From a bacterium (GTDB taxonomy: Bacteria > Hydrothermota > 32-111): a stretch of 64,000 bases of DNA. The stretch lies in assembly GCA_050239825.1 (NCBI GenBank), contig JBFXGO010000006.1, positions 4,690 through 68,689 on the forward strand, read 5' to 3'. The notes beneath the pieces were generated by a model, which saw nothing but the letters and a program-made list of their open reading frames with translations, searched no databases and was not told the DNA's origin. The position numbers and the translations under genes are program-made. Shown piece after piece: positions 35,019 to 42,940 of this stretch. Within the stretch, counting starts at the first letter, position 1; each line of letters opens with the position of its first letter.

Positions 35019-35219
35019 TAGTCGTTTCACATTTTTAACTTCCCCCTGTCTTTGAGAACTCGGAGATGCTGGAACTTTCCCGCATCATCTCGACTATTAT
35101 TGAATAGGTTGTGCAAATCTGACTGCATTTTCAATTACCTGTTTCAGCATACTTTTTTTAATTAGCTTGCGATCTGTTTGAATTTATTCGACTAAATTGC
35201 ATTAAATTGCAAATTAGTC

Positions 35220-35247
35220 TTGACTTTTTTGAAAAATAGTGTAAATT
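35220..35247 (+). promoter_or_regulatory. Sigma70-type promoter (TTGACT-N16-TAAATT) positioned for a leaderless mRNA of the downstream ATPase gene
   Basis: -35 at 35220-35225 and -10 at 35242-35247. The ATG at 35254 lies 6 nt after the -10, with no SD between them. Confidence 0.5.
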
Positions 35248-35253
35248 AGAAGT

Positions 35254-36381
35254 ATGAAAAGATACTTGTATAATTCGGTTGTCAAAGACCTTAAGAAAAA
35301 GATGGTTTTAATTACAGGTCCGAGACAGGTCGGAAAGACATATCTCGCGAAAGAGATTTTAAACGAATTTAAATCATCCATATATTTGAATTATGATGAC
35401 ATTAAAGACGCGAAAATTATAAGAGAAAAAGAGTGGCCGATAAAAACCAACCTTGTCGTTCTTGATGAAATACAAAAAATGGAAAAATGGAAAACCTTTT
35501 TGAAGGGGGCCTTTGATACGAAGAACGAAGAGCAGTCATTTCTGATAACAGGCAGTTCCAGGCTTGATTTACATATGCAGGCGGGTGATTCCCTTGCCGG
35601 CAGGTACTTTCTTTTTAACCTTTTACCGATTTCGGTTAAGGAGTCCGCAGGTTTTCTTGCTCCCTACGATGCGGTCGAAAGATTGAATAAATTCGGCGGA
35701 TTCCCGGAGCCCTTTCTTTCGGATTCAGAATCGGATTCTTCAAGATGGAGGAGAGAGTATTTCTCTGACATAGTGAATGCCGACATTCTTGATTTCGGCA
35801 GAATTATGGAGTTGAAATCTGTGAGGATTCTCCTTAATATGCTTAAAACACGCGTTGGCTCAACATTGTCATTTTCATCTCTTGCACAGGATTTACAGAT
35901 ATCTGTTAATACAGTGAAAAAATATATAGGCATACTCGAGAGTCTGAATGTCATTTTTCTGATAAGACCGTTTCACAGAAACATAGCCCGTTCAATACTG
36001 AAAGAACCGAAAGTTTACTTTTATGATACAGGAGCTGTGGAGAGAGATGATGGGATAAAACTTGAAAATACGGTTGCAGTATGTCTTTTGAAGCATTGTC
36101 AGTATCTTCAGGATGTCGAGGGAAAAAATGTCAGTCTGAATTATTTAAGAACAAAGGAGAAAAAAGAGGTGGATTTTGCAATAATCGAAAATGACAGAAT
36201 AACTGATTTGATAGAGGTGAAGCTTTCCGATTCAAATCCTGACAGGAATTTGGTGTATTTTAAGGAAAGATTACCGGCAACAAATGCGATTCAGATAGTA
36301 CACAACATAAAGTACGACATTGAAAAAAACGGAGTGAGCGTTTTTCGGGCGGGAGAATGGTTATCCAATCTCAAAGCATAG
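35254..36381 (+). CDS. AAA+ ATPase of the COG1373 type (AAA_14 plus DUF4143) with a C-terminal PD-(D/E)xK-like motif
   Basis: Walker A LITGPRQVGKTYLA and Walker B LVVLDEIQ. C-terminal KKEVDFAIIEN...DLIEVKLS resembles a D...ExK nuclease-fold motif. Confidence 0.8.
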   Translation: MKRYLYNSVVKDLKKKMVLITGPRQVGKTYLAKEILNEFKSSIYLNYDDIKDAKIIREKEWPIKTNLVVLDEIQKMEKWKTFLKGAFDTKNEEQSFLITGSSRLDLHMQAGDSLAGRYFLFNLLPISVKESAGFLAPYDAVERLNKFGGFPEPFLSDSESDSSRWRREYFSDIVNADILDFGRIMELKSVRILLNMLKTRVGSTLSFSSLAQDLQISVNTVKKYIGILESLNVIFLIRPFHRNIARSILKEPKVYFYDTGAVERDDGIKLENTVAVCLLKHCQYLQDVEGKNVSLNYLRTKEKKEVDFAIIENDRITDLIEVKLSDSNPDRNLVYFKERLPATNAIQIVHNIKYDIEKNGVSVFRAGEWLSNLKA

Positions 36382-36454
36382 GGGTATCATTTTTCTGCAA
36401 ATGCTTATTTAATAAAGAAGCGGATTGTTGATTTTTTTATTACAGCAGGATATA

Positions 36455-38020
36455 ATGAAAAAAGCAATAAAAACGGAGGAAATACTGAACGAAAAGAAGA
36501 ATGGAAGCAAGGAAAAGTATTCTGAAAAGATAATAACAAATAAAATCGCTATTCTGACAATTGTTTTAATGTCTGCTTATGCTCTTCTTTCATTTAATCC
36601 TCTTTTAAGCACCGGAGGAGACAGCGCAACCTACATTCTTCTTGCAGACTCATTCAGAGAGGGCAGACCGATGCAGTACAGCTTAGACGGATCTTCTCTG
36701 AATCCAACATACCCACCGATATATCCTTTTCTTTTGTTTCTTGTTTCATTGGTCTTCGGAGCGAGAAACATAATTGCATTTAAAGCTCTTTCTTTTGTCG
36801 CATTTGTTTCTCAAATATGCATCTTTTACCTGCTGACAGAGTATTTCACTAAGAATAATCTAAAAAGACTGCTCGGGCTTATGCTCTTTGCATCTCTGTC
36901 TGTGCAGATACAGCTTTCAAGCGACATTCTTTCCGAGTCAGTCTTCATGGCATTTCTTCTCGCTTCAATTTATTTTTACATTAAGCAAATCCATGACAAA
37001 AGCAATAATTCACTTATCATTTCGCTTATCTTTGCTCTTCTTGCTTCTTACACAAGAGAAGCCGGAGTTATATTGTTTCCTATCTATTTTATTAATGAAT
37101 TATTTGCAAAGAACATAAAAAATCTTTTACTTATAGCATCAGCTTTCATTCTCAGTCGGGTATGGTCTCTTGTGCTTATATTAAATGGAGTAGAAAGTGT
37201 CTATTTAAAACAGATTATTTATAAAGATTGGTATAATATTTCAGAGGGAGCTCATACTCCCTTCAGCTTAGTAATTCGTTATTTGAATTCGTTGTTCCAA
37301 CATACAATGAATATTTTCAATCAACTTTTTAGAACATCAAGCAGGTTCATGAACATTATTGTCTCTTTAGTAATATTAGCTTTTATGTCGGCAAAACAAA
37401 ATATGAGAAAGTTTCCTGAATTTGAGATGATATATTTTGTGTTGTCAGTCTTAAGTATCCCTATTTTTCCATATCTCGACATAAGATATACCGTTGTTTC
37501 ACTTTTTTCTGTTATACTTATTCTTATAAAAGATCGCGAGTTTGAAAAAAAGCGTAAGCTAACTATATATATATATGCATTTATGTTAATTGCAATGATT
37601 ATAAATAACATATATATTCAAATGAAATACTTTATTCCAGATAATTTAAAAGTTGTGAAAGAAAGCAATTTAATGGATTTTAAAAGCAATACACATTTGT
37701 ATCCTTACGAGTATCAGGTCTATTTTGATTTGGCAAAACAAGCCGAGAACGAGTTTGATGAATCGGCTCTGTTCATAACAAGAAAACCCTCTCTCTTTAC
37801 TCTCTTTGGCAACAGGGATGCGATAATATTTCCATTTACGAACGAAGAGGAGGTTCTTGACACATTCTTTTCTAAACATATAGGTGATTATCTCGTTTAT
37901 GATCAAAAAAGCAAAGAGATGAGGATACTTGAAGATTATATTGCTTTAAAACCCGAAAAGTTTTCCATGATATTCGTATCATACGAGGATGAAATTGTCA
38001 TCTTTGAAATATTGCCGTAA
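36455..38020 (+). CDS. Polytopic membrane protein, GT-C (ArnT/PMT_2-like) glycosyltransferase candidate; paralogue of 51686-53215
   Basis: More than 10 predicted TM segments. The first loop holds an acidic motif STGGDSATY. It shares [10 protein letters not shown] and SSDIL segments with the 51686 gene product. The start could also be the TTG at 36425. Confidence 0.55.
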   Translation: MKKAIKTEEILNEKKNGSKEKYSEKIITNKIAILTIVLMSAYALLSFNPLLSTGGDSATYILLADSFREGRPMQYSLDGSSLNPTYPPIYPFLLFLVSLVFGARNIIAFKALSFVAFVSQICIFYLLTEYFTKNNLKRLLGLMLFASLSVQIQLSSDILSESVFMAFLLASIYFYIKQIHDKSNNSLIISLIFALLASYTREAGVILFPIYFINELFAKNIKNLLLIASAFILSRVWSLVLILNGVESVYLKQIIYKDWYNISEGAHTPFSLVIRYLNSLFQHTMNIFNQLFRTSSRFMNIIVSLVILAFMSAKQNMRKFPEFEMIYFVLSVLSIPIFPYLDIRYTVVSLFSVILILIKDREFEKKRKLTIYIYAFMLIAMIINNIYIQMKYFIPDNLKVVKESNLMDFKSNTHLYPYEYQVYFDLAKQAENEFDESALFITRKPSLFTLFGNRDAIIFPFTNEEEVLDTFFSKHIGDYLVYDQKSKEMRILEDYIALKPEKFSMIFVSYEDEIVIFEILP

Positions 38021-38314
38021 CCTTTAAAAAGTAAATAATTTGAAAATCAATTCAGCGATGGGGACGGAGCGGGACAGTTTTTGGCAAAATAAAAGCAAAC
38101 CATTAGTTTACATTCTGCTTTTTACAGTAAAAGAACCAAATCACCGACAAAAGACCCGATAATAATATAAAATTTTGAATGCTTCTTTTGACTGCTTAAG
38201 TTATACAGTACCCTTAGATGGTCAAAACTACTTGGGAATGTGGGACGGGTATGTATGAATAAATAACTATTTATCAACTTTACATAATATTTATCTTTTA
38301 CCACCAATTAAGAC

Positions 38315-38342
38315 TTGACAATCATTGTCTTATATATATAAT
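38315..38342 (+). promoter_or_regulatory. Perfect consensus sigma70 promoter (TTGACA-N16-TATAAT) for the yceD-rpmF-plsX-fab unit
   Basis: TTGACA at 38315-38320 and TATAAT at 38337-38342. The yceD ATG at 38351 lies 8 nt after the -10, with no SD. Confidence 0.7.
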
Positions 38343-38350
38343 TATGCACT

Positions 38351-38800
38351 ATGATAATTTTGCATCTGTCTGCTCTTGACAAAGTTTCGACTCAGGAGTT
38401 TGAGTGGGAGCTCACTCCGGAAGAACTTGGAGAGGGAGGCGATGAATCATTATTAATTAAAGCGATCTTTGAAGTTAATGCGATGAAAAACAGGCAGTAT
38501 GATTTCAAAGGGAAATTATACTTCAATATACAACTTATATGTGATAGATGCCTTGAGAGTTTCAGCAGGCTTATTGAGGAGAACATTCACTTCATTCTCA
38601 AAAAAGAGTATGAGGGTGATGAACTCGATATTATAAGGTTCAATGACCTTACCTGCGATGTTACCGAATACATAAGGGACATTGTTCTTACTTCGATTCC
38701 AATGAAGCGCCTCTGCCGCGATGACTGCAGGGGACTCTGCGATAAGTGCGGTAAGAATCTGAATAAAGGCGCATGCAACTGCAAAAAACAGGAGGAATAA
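38351..38800 (+). CDS. yceD: YceD/DUF177 family protein (large-subunit rRNA accumulation protein)
   Basis: CDRCLESF...CRDDCRGLCDKCGKNLNKGACNC is the Cys-rich pattern. It holds the conserved position directly upstream of rpmF. Confidence 0.85.
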   Translation: MIILHLSALDKVSTQEFEWELTPEELGEGGDESLLIKAIFEVNAMKNRQYDFKGKLYFNIQLICDRCLESFSRLIEENIHFILKKEYEGDELDIIRFNDLTCDVTEYIRDIVLTSIPMKRLCRDDCRGLCDKCGKNLNKGACNCKKQEE

Positions 38801-38986
38801 ATGGCAGTACCAAAACGGAGACACTCGAGAGCGAGAGGCAGAAAGAGAAGAACACATTGGAAACTCTTCAAGCCGACACTCACTGCGTGCTCACATTGCG
38901 GCGCAATGACGAGAAGCCACAGCATTTGCCCGACATGCGGATATTATAACGGTAAGGAATATATAACGATTAAAAAAGAGGTCTAA
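38801..38986 (+). CDS. rpmF: 50S ribosomal protein L32
   Basis: MAVPKRRHSRARGRKRRTHWKL plus a CxxC...CxxC zinc ribbon. Confidence 0.95.
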   Translation: MAVPKRRHSRARGRKRRTHWKLFKPTLTACSHCGAMTRSHSICPTCGYYNGKEYITIKKEV

Positions 38987-40033
38987 TTGAAAATAGTGCT
39001 TGACGCGATGGGCGGAGATATAGGACTCTCCGTCAATCTCGAAGGCGCCCTTATGGCGTCAAGGTCATTTTCATCTGAAGATACTATAATTCTTACAGGC
39101 ATCAAATCGGAGATTGAAAGGCATATCAAACACAAAAGAATGTCTTTCGGTTGCAAGATTGAAATAGTAGATTCTGTTAATAATGTCGGAATGGGCGATT
39201 CTCCCACAAAGGCATTGCAGGAAAAGACGGAATCGTCGATTGCAAGGGGTTTGGATCTTGTGAAGAGAGGAGAGGCGGATGCATTCTTCTCTCCCGGAAA
39301 CACCGGCGTAATACTCGCATTCTCGCTTGTCAAGCTCGGCAGACTCAAAGGGGTCAACAGGCCTGCTTTGGGAATAATATTCCCTGTGAGAAAGCACCCA
39401 CTTATGCTTGATGTCGGAGCCACTCCCGATACTAAACCCGAAAACCTCTACCAGTTTGCTCTGCTTGGCCATGAATACATGAAGATAATGAGAAACCTTG
39501 AAAGGCCGGTGGTCGGACTGCTTTCAATAGGCGAGGAGAATTCAAAGGGTTCGGTGGTCTATCAAAGCGCCTTTGACCTTATAAAGCAGGATAAAAAGCT
39601 AAACTTTTTCGGCAATATTGAAGGGGATGATTTTTTCAAGGACAAAGTCGATGTGATTGTCACTGACGGTTTCACGGGAAACATACTTTTAAAATTCGCC
39701 GAGGGTATGGTAAAATGGCTTAAAGAGAGTTTTAAAACTTCAGTAAAGCCTCTTCCCATAGCAGTGCTCGGAGTTATTCTTTCAATACCGGGATTTTTGG
39801 GAATTCCTTTCTTTTTATTTTCCATAAAAAAACTTCTTAAAAAAGTATCATACGACGAAATAGGCGGAGCGCCTCTTCTCGGAGTAGACGGAGTCGTGCT
39901 CATAGGCCACGGCAAATCAAATCCCAAAGCAGTGAAGAGCGGGCTTTTAAATGCCAAGAAACTTGTGGAAAATAATTTTATCAAAGAACTCAGGACAATT
40001 TTTGAAAATAGGAGTGCAAGTGAAACGGATTAA
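38987..40033 (+). CDS. plsX: Phosphate acyltransferase PlsX
   Basis: MKIVLDAMGGD, ADAFFSPGNTG, VTDGFTGNILLK and LLGVDGVVLIGHG. Confidence 0.95.
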   Translation: MKIVLDAMGGDIGLSVNLEGALMASRSFSSEDTIILTGIKSEIERHIKHKRMSFGCKIEIVDSVNNVGMGDSPTKALQEKTESSIARGLDLVKRGEADAFFSPGNTGVILAFSLVKLGRLKGVNRPALGIIFPVRKHPLMLDVGATPDTKPENLYQFALLGHEYMKIMRNLERPVVGLLSIGEENSKGSVVYQSAFDLIKQDKKLNFFGNIEGDDFFKDKVDVIVTDGFTGNILLKFAEGMVKWLKESFKTSVKPLPIAVLGVILSIPGFLGIPFFLFSIKKLLKKVSYDEIGGAPLLGVDGVVLIGHGKSNPKAVKSGLLNAKKLVENNFIKELRTIFENRSASETD

Positions 40034-41000
40034 AATCATAGGAACAGGTTCCTACCTTCCTGAAAAAATTCTGACAAACAAAGACCTTGAAAAAATGGTT
40101 GATACAACCGATGATTGGATTACCAAGAGATCTGGAATAAAAGAACGGCATATAGCTTCAGAGAAGGAGGCGACAAGCGATCTCGGAATTGAAGCGGCAA
40201 GGCGAGCCATTGAAAATGCAAAAATAGACAAGAGCACAATCGACTGCATAATATTCGGCACAGTGACTCCGGACACTCTCTTTCCCTCGACATCCATTTA
40301 TGTGCAGAAGGCGCTGGGAATACCCGGAGTGCCGGCTTTTGATGTTTCAGCCGCATGCTCCGGATTCATCTATGGACTTGCTCTGGCACAGGGTTTTATA
40401 AATAGCGGACCATACAAAAGAATTCTTGTTCTCGGCGGAGAGACTCTGTCAAAAGTTACGAACTGGGAAGACCGCTCAACATGCGTGCTCTTCGGAGACG
40501 GTGTGGGCGCGGCAATTGTAGAGGAATCAAATGACGAATCAGGAATAGTGTCAATTTATCTCGGAGCTGACGGAAATATGGAAAATCTTCTCTGCCAGCC
40601 TGCGGGCGGATCCCGTATACCTGCAACCGAAGAGAGCGTAAAGAACAAACTCCACACAATTCATATGGAAGGAAACGAAGTTTACAAGCATGCTGTAAAT
40701 ACTATGGCGGAAGCGGCAAACAAGGCATTGGAACTTGCAGGAATCAAGGGCGACGATGTGACATATTTCATACCCCACCAGGCAAATATAAGAATAATGG
40801 AGACAACAGCAAAATTTGTGAATATTCCAAGAGAGAAGGTTTTTGTAAATATCGACAGAACAGCCAACACTTCGGCAGGGTCTATAGCAATAGCTCTTGA
40901 CGAGATGAACAGAAAGGGAATGCTTAAGAAAAACGACATAATACTCATAGATGCATTCGGAGCGGGCTTCACTTGGGGCTCCGCAGTAATAAGGTGGTAA
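40020..41000 (+). CDS. fabH: 3-oxoacyl-ACP synthase III
   Basis: GTG start after an AGGAG SD. IIGTGSYLPEKILTN, TSDDWI..RSGIKERH, active-site FDVSAACSGFIYGL, and HQAN / GAGFTWG. Confidence 0.95.
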   Translation: MKRIKIIGTGSYLPEKILTNKDLEKMVDTTDDWITKRSGIKERHIASEKEATSDLGIEAARRAIENAKIDKSTIDCIIFGTVTPDTLFPSTSIYVQKALGIPGVPAFDVSAACSGFIYGLALAQGFINSGPYKRILVLGGETLSKVTNWEDRSTCVLFGDGVGAAIVEESNDESGIVSIYLGADGNMENLLCQPAGGSRIPATEESVKNKLHTIHMEGNEVYKHAVNTMAEAANKALELAGIKGDDVTYFIPHQANIRIMETTAKFVNIPREKVFVNIDRTANTSAGSIAIALDEMNRKGMLKKNDIILIDAFGAGFTWGSAVIRW

Positions 41001-41001
41001 T

Positions 41002-41898
41002 GTGAAGGCATCCCTTCTTTTCCCCGGACAGGGTTCCCAATATGTAGGAATGTGCAAGGATCTCTACGCCAATACCGAAATAAAAAACTTTTTTGATGCG
41101 GTAAGCGCAATCATAAATGACGACATAGCGGATATAATGTTCAACGGACCGGACAGCAGGCTCACTGAGAGCAAAAATGCTCAGGTGGCGATACTTCTTC
41201 ATTCATATTCGGCATACACTTTGATAAAAAATAAAATTGATGCAGAAGCTGTATGCGGACATTCTCTCGGAGAATACACTGCTCTTTTAACTGCCGATGT
41301 TTTTGATTTTGAGACAGCTGTTAAGCTTGTGAGAAGGAGAGGAGAATTGATGAGCGAAGCAGGAGAGAGGGCGAAGGGGGCTATGGCGGCGGTCATAGGT
41401 CTTGAAGTCTTGAAAATTGAAGAGACTGTCAAGTCCATAGAGGGTGTGGTTATTGCAAATTACAACGGAGTGGGACAGACCGTTATTTCCGGAACTGTTG
41501 AAGGCATAGATTCCGCAATAAAAGTTCTTTCGGATATGGGAGCGCGCAGAGTGCTGAAGCTTAATGTTTCGGGAGCTTTTCATTCGCCTCTTATGAATTA
41601 TGCTTACAGTGAATTTTCTTCATTCATAGATAATTTTGAATTCAGAAATCCAAAGATTCCGGTTATAATGAATGTATCCGCAGAATATTCAACCGATGCG
41701 GCGGAAATAAAAAATCTGTTAAAAAGACAGATTGTAAGTCCGGTAAAATGGACGCAGATAATGAATCTTCTTTTAAAAGACGGAAGAAAAAATCTTGTTG
41801 AAGCGGGTCCTTCAAAAGTGTTAAGCGGGATGGCAAAAAAGACGAGTGGCGACTTTTCAGTCATTTCGGTCGAAAAACTTGAAGATATAAATTTTTAA
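41002..41898 (+). CDS. fabD: Malonyl CoA-ACP transacylase
   Basis: LLFPGQGSQYVGM, GHSLGEYTAL and VSGAFHSPLM. Confidence 0.95.
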   Translation: MKASLLFPGQGSQYVGMCKDLYANTEIKNFFDAVSAIINDDIADIMFNGPDSRLTESKNAQVAILLHSYSAYTLIKNKIDAEAVCGHSLGEYTALLTADVFDFETAVKLVRRRGELMSEAGERAKGAMAAVIGLEVLKIEETVKSIEGVVIANYNGVGQTVISGTVEGIDSAIKVLSDMGARRVLKLNVSGAFHSPLMNYAYSEFSSFIDNFEFRNPKIPVIMNVSAEYSTDAAEIKNLLKRQIVSPVKWTQIMNLLLKDGRKNLVEAGPSKVLSGMAKKTSGDFSVISVEKLEDINF

Positions 41899-41907
41899 GG
41901 AGTGTGA

Positions 41908-42642
41908 ATGGAAAAGAAGAATGCTCTTGTCACAGGCGCCCTTCGTGGAATAGGGAATGCCATTGCAAAGGAGTATGCAAAAAACAAATTTAATATAATT
42001 ATTTGGGATATATTTGAAGAAGGAAAAGATTCTGTAATTGAAGAGATTAAGAGTATGGGAGTAGATTGCGAATTTGACAAGGTGAATGTGTCGGACCTTG
42101 CGCAGGTCTCTTCCTCGATTGATGCTATTATTTCAAAGCACGGATATCTTGATGTTCTTGTCAACAATGCGGGAATAACAAAGGATAATCTTCTGATAAG
42201 CATGACCGAAGAGGAGTTTGACAGAGTGATATCCGTAAATCTTAAGGGAACATTCAACTGCTCGAAGGCGGCGGTTAAATATATGATAAAGAGACGCTCG
42301 GGTTCTATAATAAACATCTCATCTGTGATAGGGATTATGGGCAACAAAGGGCAGGCAAATTATGCGGCTTCAAAAGCAGGCATAATCGGACTGACAAAAT
42401 CCCTTGCAAAAGAGGTTGGCTCAAGAGGGGTTAGGGTAAATGCAATTGCCCCGGGATTCATCGAAACTGAGATGACAAAAAAGCTTCCTCCGGAAGTTAT
42501 TGCAGAGTATGCCAAGCTGATACCCTTGGGAAAAATGGGAAGTGTGGAAGATGTCGCAAGGGTGTGTTATTTTCTTTCATCAGAAAACGCAAATTATATA
42601 ACAGGACAAGTCATCCACTGTGATGGCGGAATGTTGATGTAA
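41908..42642 (+). CDS. fabG: 3-oxoacyl-ACP reductase
   Basis: ALVTGALRGIG, NNAGITKDN, YAASKAG and ITGQVIHCDGGM. Confidence 0.95.
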   Translation: MEKKNALVTGALRGIGNAIAKEYAKNKFNIIIWDIFEEGKDSVIEEIKSMGVDCEFDKVNVSDLAQVSSSIDAIISKHGYLDVLVNNAGITKDNLLISMTEEEFDRVISVNLKGTFNCSKAAVKYMIKRRSGSIINISSVIGIMGNKGQANYAASKAGIIGLTKSLAKEVGSRGVRVNAIAPGFIETEMTKKLPPEVIAEYAKLIPLGKMGSVEDVARVCYFLSSENANYITGQVIHCDGGMLM

Positions 42643-42663
42643 AACCAAACCAAGGAGGTTTTG

Positions 42664-42903
42664 ATGTCTCAGGTTTATGACACAATTAAAAAGATGCTCG
42701 TACAGGAGCTCAAATTTGACGAAGCAAAGATCAATCCGAATGCGACAATCATGCAGGACTTGGGAGCCGATTCTCTTGACCTTATGGACCTTGTCAATGA
42801 GCTTGAGAAGGTTTATGAGATAAAGATACCTCAGGAAGATTATGCAAAGCTGAAGACCGTGGGTGATGTGGCTACTTACATAGAGGGTAAAATAGCAAAG
42901 TAA
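42664..42903 (+). CDS. acpP: Acyl carrier protein
   Basis: DLGADSLDLMDLV phosphopantetheine-attachment motif. The ATG at 42664 lies one codon inside the TTG-initiated track ORF. Confidence 0.95.
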   Translation: MSQVYDTIKKMLVQELKFDEAKINPNATIMQDLGADSLDLMDLVNELEKVYEIKIPQEDYAKLKTVGDVATYIEGKIAK

Positions 42904-42940
42904 ACAGCGGGGGAATCCCGCTAAAAAAATAGGAGTTTTG

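Noticed and set aside
34499-35253. The divergent, AT-rich 750-bp spacer as a possible replication origin.
   Set aside because: The gene orientation switch fits an origin. However, I found no TTATCCACA-type DnaA boxes or clusters, dnaA/dnaN are not adjacent, and a convergent switch lies only 20 kb away. Operon organisation explains the pattern better.
36428-36456. Promoter-like TTGATT-N17-TATAAT upstream of the GT-C-like gene.
   Set aside because: The -10 hexamer overlaps the most likely ATG (36455). A transcript from it would start inside the coding region and remove the first TM segment. This is probably a chance match in AT-rich DNA, so I did not list it as a feature.
38061-38248. GC-rich GGGACGG words (38061-38067, 38242-38248) in the AT-rich spacer, considered as parts of a tmRNA, RNase P RNA or other RNA.
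   Set aside because: They are direct, not inverted, so they do not pair. No tRNA-like acceptor/T-arm, tag reading frame or RNase P conserved motifs are present.
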